DNA from: Abditibacterium sp.
Lineage (GTDB): Bacteria; Armatimonadota; Abditibacteriia; Abditibacteriales; Abditibacteriaceae
DNA length: 64,000 bases
Reading direction: 5' to 3'
Assembly (NCBI GenBank): GCA_965246885.1
Contig: OZ251992.1
Coordinates: forward strand, 3,040,001-3,104,000
Below the pieces are notes generated by a model. It did not search any database and was not told the origin of the DNA. It saw only the letters and a list, made by a program, of their open reading frames with translations. This document shows positions 1 to 11,360 of the stretch, piece by piece. Each line of letters begins with the position of its first letter. Positions within the stretch are counted from its first letter, which is position 1. The position numbers and the translations under genes are program-made.

Positions 1-1170
1 GGTCGTCACGACATCCAGTTGCCGCGCGGAGCGCAGGTTGGCCGTGTAAATGTGCCCTTCCGTTGCGTTCGGGCCGCCCACAAGGGTTTCGGCAAAGCGC
101 AAACGTAGCGTCAAGCCCGGTCGCACGCTTTGAAGCGCCGCGAAGTTGAGCCGCGCGCGGCCAATCATGTTCTGCCCCAAGTCGAACACCCACACCGGCC
201 CCAAGTTATCCACATTGCCCGGCGACTGCACCGCGATGGGGCGTAGTTCCTGCGTCGCGCGAATCGGCGGCGCGACCGAAGCGCGCAAATGCAGCCCATC
301 GGGAAGCGGCGCCGCGTCCACGCGCCCCACGTCTCGCCACTCTTGGCGCGCGTCGAACGCTTCACCTTGCTGCAAGTCCGCGCCCAGCATCGGCCCATAC
401 GCCGCCGCCCACTTCTCATCGGACGCGACCACCTCGCGCGAGCCGTCCTCGAACTCGATCTCCAATTGCGCAAGTAACGCCGGACGGTCGTGGTAAGTGC
501 CGCGCGCGTTCCAGCCGATGTGTCCAACCGCCCAGCCATCGCCCAACAGCGCGCCGAGCGTGTTGTCGCCTTGCTGCAATTGGGCGGTTACGTCGTAGGT
601 TTGAAAGCGGAGCGAATAACGGTAGTCCGTCCAACCGGGCGCCAGTTCATCGTTGCCGACGCGCGTGCCGTTCAAATCCATGCGATACACGCCCACCGCC
701 GACGCATACAAGCGCGCTGCTTTGACTGGCTTATCGAGGTGAAAGCCCCGCGTCAAACGGGGAACGGGCGGCACCGTATACGGCCCACCCACAAGCGGCG
801 CGCTGATGAGTTGCGCTCCCCAATCCGCCATTTCAAAGAGTCCGGTTTCAAACCACGTCACCTCGCTTTGCGTTGTCGCGCCCGTTTCGTCCTCGATTTC
901 CACGCGCCAATAGACCCGCTCCCGACTATAAAGCGGCGCCCCACCATATTCGATGAATGCCGTCTGGTTCGAGGCGACGCGGCCCGAATCCCATAGCTCT
1001 GGCACGCCGAAGCCATCGGGCGAACTCGATGCCATCAAGCGATACGCCACTTGCCGCGCGCCCTCGCGCGGCGTATCGAGGCGCCACGACAAACGCGGAC
1101 GGAGTTCGGTTAAACCGAGCGGGCAAGAGAAACCTTCACATTTCAAAGCGACAACGGATGTTTGGTTCAT
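1..1170 (-). CDS. Alpha-L-rhamnosidase (GH78 family), N-terminal part; runs off the window edge
   Basis: Not in the ORF track because it has no stop in the window. Manual translation from ATG 1170 gives MNQTSVVALKCEGFSCPLGL..PRLSWRL..QVAYRL..LWDSGRV, and the same frame gives VFDLGQNMIGRARL at ~150-190. These are typical GH78 N-terminal motifs. Confidence 0.85.
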   Translation of the reverse strand, partial: MNQTSVVALKCEGFSCPLGLTELRPRLSWRLDTPREGARQVAYRLMASSSPDGFGVPELWDSGRVASNQTAFIEYGGAPLYSRERVYWRVEIEDETGATTQSEVTWFETGLFEMADWGAQLISAPLVGGPYTVPPVPRLTRGFHLDKPVKAARLYASAVGVYRMDLNGTRVGNDELAPGWTDYRYSLRFQTYDVTAQLQQGDNTLGALLGDGWAVGHIGWNARGTYHDRPALLAQLEIEFEDGSREVVASDEKWAAAYGPMLGADLQQGEAFDARQEWRDVGRVDAAPLPDGLHLRASVAPPIRATQELRPIAVQSPGNVDNLGPVWVFDLGQNMIGRARLNFAALQSVRPGLTLRLRFAETLVGGPNATEGHIYTANLRSARQLDVVTT

Positions 1171-1214
1171 AGAAAGCAGCCCCTAATTTAGCGCACTTGG
1201 CGCGGTGCGCGCCG

Positions 1215-1352
1215 TCCGCCACACAAAGAATTACATCCGCCACCGCGTCGCCGACGTCCGCCACCGATTCCCAGAGGTCTGTCGCCGATTCCCACACGTC
1301 TGTCGCCGATTCCCAGAGGTCTGTCGTTGAATCCCACACGTCTGTCGTTGAA
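1215..1352. repeat. Degenerate 21-bp tandem array (~7 units)
   Basis: TCCGCCAC/TCTGTCG words at 1215, 1236, 1257, 1278, 1299, 1320, 1341; units such as CCGATTCCCAGAGGTCTGTCG and CCGATTCCCACACGTCTGTCG. Confidence 0.9.
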
Positions 1353-1420
1353 CGGCGCAAGGCGGCGGATGCGGGAGCGGCGCGCGCCACTTCCTTGGCG
1401 CGGCCTTGTCTTTTCAAAGG

Positions 1421-2473
1421 ATGCGCGCACCTTCTTTCATCCTCTTCTGTCTTGGCCTTGGCGCCCCGCTTTGGCTGGCCGGGTGTGGCGGCGGGAGTGG
1501 CGGGCCAAGCGTCTCGCCAACGGCCACCCCCTTTCCCGGCGCCACCGCGACGCCAACTCCCAAGCCCTCGCCCACCCCGACGCCCACCGCCACGCCCCTT
1601 CCCGGCGCGACGGCAACTTTGGCGCTCCAAACCGTTGGCGACCCTTGGCCGCGCGCGAGTCCGCGCTGGCGCGACATCGGCAACAACCCCTACTCCGCCA
1701 CTTTTCGCGCCGCGTTTTCCTATAGCTCAGCAAGCGTGGCGCTGACTTACCAAAAAGCGCCCGCGTCGGGAGTGTTCGTCGGACACATCGAAGCGCGCGG
1801 ACTCAAGCCGAACTTCGCCTACCAACTCAAGTTGGCGGGCAAACCCATCGCTGGCAACCGGGGATGGGGGCAAGGGCAGTCGTTTGTCACGGCCAGTTCC
1901 GCCTTTCCCGACGCCGTGCCCACCCTCCACACGGTCGGCAACACGCCCGTTGGCGGCGACGACTGGGCCAACACTCAACTGGGCTACGCGGGCCGTTGGT
2001 GGGACGACACTGCCGCGCCTTCGACCAACCTCAACGACGCCTATTTCCGCGCCAACTCGCCCGCGCATACCATCTACGGCTACTTGTTTATGGGCGATTT
2101 TCTGACCGACGCCGATGGCAACGCGAGCGCCGACCTACGCGGCGACCGCTCCTTGCATATCACTTGGCAAGACGCGCAAAGCGGCATTAACGACGTTTTG
2201 CTCGGCACCTTTCCCATCCGCGTTTCGGCTGCCACGCCCGCGTATGATGCGCCGCTCAGCGCGAGTTCGCAAAAGCTGTGGTATGAATTAGAAGCGGGCC
2301 GCACCCAACCCGTGCGCTTGCCCAGTGGCACTTATCACTGCCGCTTGCTCGTCACCGAAGAAGCCTTTCACACTGCGGGCGGAAGCGACGGCGGCGTGTG
2401 GCAGACCGTGTTCGCTACGGAAGACGCAGGCGACACGAGCGGAGCGAACGATGTCGTCTTCGCGGTGCGGTAG
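1421..2473 (+). CDS. Putative lipoprotein with Pro/Thr-rich linker, unknown function
   Basis: Signal peptide with lipobox LAGC, then GGGSGG, PTATP/PTPTP repeats and a globular domain; ATG 1421 preferred over TTG 1406. Confidence 0.75.
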   Translation: MRAPSFILFCLGLGAPLWLAGCGGGSGGPSVSPTATPFPGATATPTPKPSPTPTPTATPLPGATATLALQTVGDPWPRASPRWRDIGNNPYSATFRAAFSYSSASVALTYQKAPASGVFVGHIEARGLKPNFAYQLKLAGKPIAGNRGWGQGQSFVTASSAFPDAVPTLHTVGNTPVGGDDWANTQLGYAGRWWDDTAAPSTNLNDAYFRANSPAHTIYGYLFMGDFLTDADGNASADLRGDRSLHITWQDAQSGINDVLLGTFPIRVSAATPAYDAPLSASSQKLWYELEAGRTQPVRLPSGTYHCRLLVTEEAFHTAGGSDGGVWQTVFATEDAGDTSGANDVVFAVR

Positions 2474-2502
2474 CCTCTTAATCCGTTAAAATTCCCCTCG
2501 CT

Positions 2503-3615
2503 ATGCAAAAATCCAAAGCCGCTATTTTCACCGGGAAGAACGAACCCCTCGTCGTAGACGAGATCGAAGTGGACGACCCCCGCGCGGGCGAAGTCATGAT
2601 CCGACTCGACGCCACCGGGTTGTGCCACACCGAAATCTGGTACATGTCCGGCGGCGACACCCAAACGCGCGGCAACTCCATCTTGGGGCATGAAGGCTGC
2701 GGCGTTGTCGTGAAAGTGGGCGAAGGCGTCACCGAACTCCAAGAGGGCGACCGCGTCGTGCCCATCTACATCCCGCAGTGCAACCACTGCCGCGAGTGCT
2801 TATCGGGCGAGACGAACCTGTGCTCCGCCCTTGATGACGCCTACTTTGGCGGCTCGATGAACGACGGCACCATGCGCTTCCACCACAGGGGGCAGGACTT
2901 ACACCACTTCATGCTGACTTCGACGTTTAGCCAGTACACCGTCGTCCACCAAGAAGCGGTCGCCAAAATCCGCCCCGATGCGCCTGCCGAGGCCGCGTGC
3001 TTGTTTGGTTGCGCGGTCACAACGGGCATTGGTGCCGCGCTGTATACCGCCAAAGTCAAGGTGGGGGCGAAGTGCGCCGTGTTTGGCGTCGGGCCAATTG
3101 GACTCAACGTCTTGCAAGGCTGTAAGTTGGCGGGCGCGGAAATGGTTATTGCCGTTGATCCCAATCCCGCGCGTTTACAGCGCGCCGCCGAGTTCGGCGC
3201 CACCCACTTCGTCAACCCCAACGACGGCGACAGCGTGGCGCAGGTCAAGGAACTCACCGGCGGCGGCGCGGATTACGTGTTCGAGGCGACGGGCAACACC
3301 AAAGTGATGCGCCAAGCGCTTGAATCCACCATTTACGGCGGCGGCGTGTGCTGCTTGATTGGCGTCGCCAAAACCGGCGAAACGATCGAAGTCACGCCGC
3401 GCCTGCTCATCGCAGGGCGTAGACTTATTGGCACCGCCTTCGGCGGTGCCAGAGGCAAGTCGCAACTCCCCGGACTCATAGACCTTTACATGGACGGCAA
3501 GGTCAAAGTGGACGAACTCATTACCGGCAAAATCCCCCTGACGGGCATTAACGACGCGTTCGAGGACATGAAGCGCGACTCCGGCTACCGCTACGTCGTG
3601 GACTATTCGCTATAA
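2503..3615 (+). CDS. Zn-dependent alcohol dehydrogenase, class III / S-(hydroxymethyl)glutathione dehydrogenase-like
   Basis: GLCHTE, GHEGCG, structural Zn cluster CNHCRECLSGETNLC, GCAVTTG, GVGPIG, GTAFGG. Confidence 0.9.
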   Translation: MQKSKAAIFTGKNEPLVVDEIEVDDPRAGEVMIRLDATGLCHTEIWYMSGGDTQTRGNSILGHEGCGVVVKVGEGVTELQEGDRVVPIYIPQCNHCRECLSGETNLCSALDDAYFGGSMNDGTMRFHHRGQDLHHFMLTSTFSQYTVVHQEAVAKIRPDAPAEAACLFGCAVTTGIGAALYTAKVKVGAKCAVFGVGPIGLNVLQGCKLAGAEMVIAVDPNPARLQRAAEFGATHFVNPNDGDSVAQVKELTGGGADYVFEATGNTKVMRQALESTIYGGGVCCLIGVAKTGETIEVTPRLLIAGRRLIGTAFGGARGKSQLPGLIDLYMDGKVKVDELITGKIPLTGINDAFEDMKRDSGYRYVVDYSL

Positions 3616-3616
3616 A

Positions 3617-3659
3617 CAGAACGGGGCGCGGAGCAAAGCAGAGTCCGCGCCCCGTTCTG
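3617..3659. terminator. Hairpin, probable terminator of the ADH gene
   Basis: Perfect 16-bp stem CAGAACGGGGCGCGGA / TCCGCGCCCCGTTCTG directly after the stop codon; weak U tract. Confidence 0.6.
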
Positions 3660-3797
3660 CGTTTCGTTGCGCCTTCTGTGTTCTGGTTGTATCCGACGGC
3701 GCGCGACGGCTGTTAGTCGCTTCTGGCAATAACATTGATTACGGTTACTCATCCCCTTCTGGCTGGACTGTCCGAAAGAACGAGAAGAGAACCAATC

Positions 3798-6997
<3,200 letters not shown>

Positions 6998-7198
6998 AAA
7001 GTTGCGCTGCCATCTCGTCGCTTCCCGACAAGTAAGCTCCCCCGCTCCGTAAAAACGGCCAGAGTAGCCGCGAAATCAGGGAGCGAGGGAGGGCGGTTGT
7101 AAAAAGTTGTCCAAAAAGGTTTAAGAAGGCGGTTCCGCGGGTAGAATGAAGGGGAGATAAATTTTTACCGCTCAAGAAATTGGCGGATACGTCCCATC

Positions 7199-8233
7199 AT
7201 GACAACGCTGCAAGAGATCGCCCAGCGCGCGGGGGTGTCGAAGATGACGGTTTCCAATGTTCTCAATAACCGCAACAAGGAGAACTGGCCCTCGACCGCG
7301 TCACGGGCGCAGGAGATTCGCGCCTTGGCCGAGCAGATGGGCTACCGACCCAACTTGGCGGCCAAAGCGGTGGTGACGGGGAAGTTCGGGGCGATTGGCA
7401 TCTTGTCGCCCAAAAGTCTGCCGAGCGCGCCGCACGATGGCATCGCGTGGGGTCTGTAGGCGGAGGCCGAAGACAAAGGCTTTCATCTGGTGGTGGGTTC
7501 GGTTCCCGACGCGCGGCTTTGCAATGCGACGGAAGTGCCCCGCCTGTTGAGCGACTGGATGTGCGATGGGTTCGTCATCAACCACATCCACAATCCGCCG
7601 CCGCGTTTGGGCGAAATCATCGCGCGTCATCGTCTGCCCGCGATGTGGCTCAACGTCGAGCAACCCAGCGACTGCGCGCACCCCGACGATTTTGGCGGCG
7701 CCGTCCAAGCGACCCGGCATCTGTTGCAACTGGGGCACACGCGCATCTGCTACTTCCATCCCAGCGGTTCACCCCACTACAGCGCGAGTGCGCGGCGGCG
7801 CGGCTTTGAGCGCGCCATGAACAACGCCGGTCTTCCAGCGTGGGTGGAAGAAATCGAGAGCAACGCGAACTCTGCCTCTTATGTGGCCAGAAGCCGAGAA
7901 CTGTTGCGCCTGTCAGAGCGCCCCTCGGCGATTTTGTGCTACGAGTTATGGCTGGCGCAACCCGTTTGGGCCGCCGCCCTGCACGAAGGCTTGCGCGTGC
8001 CAGAAGACCTTTCGCTCATCACGTTTCACGAAAAAGTCTTCGACGGTTTGGGCGCCCCGTTCTCCACGATGCAAATCCCTTTCGTCGAGATGGCGCGCGA
8101 GGCAGTGCGGGGAGTAGTGGAAAAAATCGCCGACCCGTCGTTGGTAATCCCCACCCGCGTGCTACTGTATCCCGACCCGCAAGGCGAAATCTGCCTTCCG
8201 CCGTCACCGACTTACGCTTCCAACGTGCGTTAA
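7199..8233 (+). pseudogene. LacI-family transcriptional regulator interrupted by one in-frame TAG at 7457-7459
   Basis: HTH TTLQEIAQRAGVSKMTVS..GYRPN; ORFs 7199-7459 and 7490-8233 are in the same frame; downstream ATRHLLQLGHTRI and GLRVPEDLSLI. Confidence 0.85.
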
Positions 8234-8272
8234 CGTTGTTCGTTTACAGCCAACACTTTGGCCAGCTATACT

Positions 8273-8398
8273 ATGTCACATCTTGCAAATGTCCGCTCCG
8301 GGCGGAACGCGTTCACCCTCATAGAATTATCGGTAGTTGTCGCCATCATTGCTATTTTGGCAGCCATCTTCGCTATTTTGGCAGCTATCTTCCGATAA
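8273..8398 (+). pseudogene. Truncated prepilin-type N-terminal cleavage/methylation protein (DUF1559-like stub, 41 aa)
   Basis: Manual translation MSHLANVRSGRNAFTLIELSVVVAIIAILAAIFAILAAIFR*; contains a 21-bp duplication at 8351-8371 / 8372-8392. Confidence 0.75.
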
Positions 8399-8582
8399 TA
8401 TTGATAAATCGACGACGCTGGGCGCTTTCTCCGCACCTATCACGCTCGCCGCCAACACGAATTACACCATCAAGATGGAATATAAAGAACTCAGCGGGCA
8501 GGCTTTTGCCAAGTTGCTCTGGCAAAAGCCGGGAGCCTCGACCGCTGTCCTTGTGCCCAAAGCGCAGTTGTTTCCTTTGTAA
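8399..8582 (+). pseudogene. C-terminal fragment of a PA14-like domain
   Basis: ITLAANTNYTIKMEYKELSGQAFAKLLWQKPG..VPKAQLFP resembles the PA14 C-terminal half; no credible start. Confidence 0.6.
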
Positions 8583-8602
8583 AAAGAGCAGTTTCGCTTC
8601 GT

Positions 8603-10375
8603 ATGAACACCTTCAAAGCAATCTACTGGCGTGCATTGGGGCGCGGCGTTTTCCTCCTATCCATGCCGTTGGCGAGCGCCATCGCATCGCCTGCCCAAAC
8701 GCTGCAAAACGGCAGTTTGGAGGGGGCTTACACCGCCGCGTCGGGTTCGGCAACCGCCGCCGTTTCCGGGTTGGTGACGCCCAGTTGGACGGACAACACG
8801 ACTTGGGCCAGTGGGGTCAACCTTTCCTATGAGCGCGACGCCAGCACCGTGCATGGCGGCTCGGCAAGCCAGAAAATCACCGTCAACTCCGGCTTCGCGC
8901 AGTTCCTAACGTGGAGCGCCAGCACCCAAACTTTCTCGGTCTGGCTCAAGGCGCAGTCGCCGATGTGGGTGGATGTGACTCTGCGCCAAGCTGACGCGCC
9001 TTACACGAATTACGCGGGCCACGCCGTCCGACTGACACCCACATGGACGCAAGTTTCGCTGAGCGGCCAAACACCTGCGGTGGGCGGTGTCATCCTCATC
9101 AAAACTGCGGGCACCGGAACATTGTGGGTGGACGACGCGGCGCTGACGCAAAGCGCGCACGGGCTGGCGCAAATGTTACGTCCGCCCTCGGCAACGCCGA
9201 TTCCCCCGACCTACTTTGGCCTCAACGCCAATCATCTGCACGATTCGCCGGGATACTCGTGGCCCGCCGTCCCCTTCGGTGCGTTTCGCAACTGGGATTC
9301 GGGCGTCATCTGGTCAACTATTGAAACCGCGCGTGGGGTTTACAACTGGGCTGACTTAGATAAAGATGTCGCGGGGGCACAGGCCAAAGGCCAGAAATAT
9401 CTCTTCAACTTCGCGGGCATACCGCGCTGGGCGGCACCAAGCGGGCCACAAACCTATGTGGGCACTTCGGCGGCGCCCGACGATCTCCAAGATTTGCGCG
9501 ACTTCGTGCGCGCCATCGCCACGCGCTACAAGGGCCGCATCGAAGCCTACGAGGTGTGGAACGAACCCGACCTGAACGACTTCTACTCCGGCACGCCCGC
9601 GCAGTTGGCGGCAGTCGAACTGACCATCAAGGAAGAGTTGCGCGCCGCCGACCCAAAGGCACTTCTGGTGGCTCCGCCGCTCGCGGGCGCCGATAACGCG
9701 GGTTCCCTTTCCTTTTTGGAAGCCTACCTCGTGGCGGGTGGCGGTAAGAACTGCGATGTCTTCGCCTATCATTCTTACGACCCACCGGAAACTCAACCCG
9801 ACTCCACGCGCGCCGTCCACAATCTTCTGGCGACTTATGGCTTTGGTGGCAAGCCCGTGTGGGTGACGGAGCGCGGCCTAATTCGGGGCACCTTGCCCGC
9901 CTCGGAGGGAGCGAGTTTCGTCGGACGCTCGTATCTACTTGGGTGGGCGACAGGCGTGAGGCGCCAATACTGGTATGCTTACGACAACGAGACCTACTCC
10001 GGCCTCGACCAGCAAAGCGCGGACGGCAAGACCCGCGACCCCGCGCAACTGGGCGCCGATGGCGTCGCCTACGAACAAATCCAAAAATGGCTGGTCGGAG
10101 CGAAGATGCTCTCGTGCGGCGTGGACAACAACAGCACTTGGACGTGCGTCGTGCAGGATGGCGCAGGCAATAAAGGCTACATCGTGTGGAGCACGCAAGG
10201 CCGGGCTGACTTCTCTGTGCCCACGATATGGAAAGCGACGACCTACCGCGACTTGGCGGGCAACGCCGCTCCTGTTACCCGAAACTCCATTGCTATAGGC
10301 CCATCTCCCATTGAGTTGCTGCCCACAAAAGTTGTTGTCCGCACAAAAGTCACCCGCCGCAAAGAGAAACAGTAA
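8603..10375 (+). CDS. Secreted clan GH-A glycoside hydrolase (GH39/GH5-like) with N-terminal CBM-like domain
   Basis: Signal peptide; LQNGSLEG..LWVDDA CBM-like region; YEVWNEPD acid/base and VWVTERG nucleophile motifs. Confidence 0.8.
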   Translation: MNTFKAIYWRALGRGVFLLSMPLASAIASPAQTLQNGSLEGAYTAASGSATAAVSGLVTPSWTDNTTWASGVNLSYERDASTVHGGSASQKITVNSGFAQFLTWSASTQTFSVWLKAQSPMWVDVTLRQADAPYTNYAGHAVRLTPTWTQVSLSGQTPAVGGVILIKTAGTGTLWVDDAALTQSAHGLAQMLRPPSATPIPPTYFGLNANHLHDSPGYSWPAVPFGAFRNWDSGVIWSTIETARGVYNWADLDKDVAGAQAKGQKYLFNFAGIPRWAAPSGPQTYVGTSAAPDDLQDLRDFVRAIATRYKGRIEAYEVWNEPDLNDFYSGTPAQLAAVELTIKEELRAADPKALLVAPPLAGADNAGSLSFLEAYLVAGGGKNCDVFAYHSYDPPETQPDSTRAVHNLLATYGFGGKPVWVTERGLIRGTLPASEGASFVGRSYLLGWATGVRRQYWYAYDNETYSGLDQQSADGKTRDPAQLGADGVAYEQIQKWLVGAKMLSCGVDNNSTWTCVVQDGAGNKGYIVWSTQGRADFSVPTIWKATTYRDLAGNAAPVTRNSIAIGPSPIELLPTKVVVRTKVTRRKEKQ

Positions 10376-10384
10376 GCAAGCGGT

Positions 10385-11251
10385 TTACGAGAACATCGTT
10401 TCTGTCCACTCGCGGGCGTCGAAGTCGCAGATTTCGTCGGCGCGCTCGCCCACTCCGAGCAGCTTCACAGGCACGCCGGTCTCTTTAGTGACGGTGAGAA
10501 CGATGCCGCCTTTGGCGGTGCCGTCCCACTTGGTGAGAACAATACCCGTGAGCGGCGCGATACCTGCGAAGGCCGTCGCTTGATGCAGGCCGTTTTGTCC
10601 GGTCGTGGCGTCTATCACGAGCAGGGTTTCGTCGGGCGCCCGCCCAGTTTCGCGCTCGATGATGCGCGCGATTTTGGCGAGTTCGTTCATTAAGTTCGAC
10701 TTGTTGTGCAAGCGTCCGGCGGTGTCCACAAGAACGACGTCTCGCCCCCGACTGCGGGCGGCGCTCAGGGCGTCAAAGACGACGGCGGCGGGGTCAGCGC
10801 CTTGCTGCCCGGATACAACGGGGACGTTCGCGCGAGTTGCCCACTCCGCCAGTTGCTCGCTCGCGGCAGCGCGGAAGGTATCGCCCGCCGCAAGTAAGGG
10901 TCTATGGCCCTCTTCGACTAAGCGGTGGGCCAATTTGCCTATGGAAGTAGTCTTGCCCACGCCGTTCACGCCGATAAACAGCCACACCGTGACGCCGGAC
11001 GGGTTAAAGCGGAGCGGCTCGGTTTCCACGCCAAGCGTCTCGACGACGCGCGCTTTGAGCCACGCGCGGGCCGACTCGTCGTCGCGCGCTTCACCCCGCT
11101 TGGCGGCGGCGCGCAGGTCGCCGATTAGTCCAGTGGCGGTTGCAACCGACACATCAGAAAGAATCAGCCCCTCTTCGAGTTCTTCCAGGAACTCCTCATC
11201 CAGTTTGCGCCCGCCCAAACCGCCCAACCGTGAAAACAAACCGCGTAACAT
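10385..11251 (-). CDS. ftsY: Signal recognition particle receptor FtsY
   Basis: GVNGVGKTTSIGKLA, DTFRAAA, DTAGR, DATTGQNG, TKWDGTAKGG; start trimmed to MLRGLFSRL. Confidence 0.95.
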   Translation of the reverse strand: MLRGLFSRLGGLGGRKLDEEFLEELEEGLILSDVSVATATGLIGDLRAAAKRGEARDDESARAWLKARVVETLGVETEPLRFNPSGVTVWLFIGVNGVGKTTSIGKLAHRLVEEGHRPLLAAGDTFRAAASEQLAEWATRANVPVVSGQQGADPAAVVFDALSAARSRGRDVVLVDTAGRLHNKSNLMNELAKIARIIERETGRAPDETLLVIDATTGQNGLHQATAFAGIAPLTGIVLTKWDGTAKGGIVLTVTKETGVPVKLLGVGERADEICDFDAREWTETMFS

Positions 11252-11360
11252 GACGGCTTTCAGTCTGACGAAGCTCTCAGGCGGGCGGCCTCTGTCAGGC
11301 GAAGATGTGCGAAAACGTTGCATATGGAAAGAGCACGCGCCCCGAAGCCTTGCTTTCACG

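Noticed and set aside
10605..11360. N-terminal 252 aa of the 1276-aa ORF, and the 475-aa version of FtsY
   Set aside because: Each extension is the antisense shadow of the neighbouring divergent gene; real starts are about 11361 and 11251.
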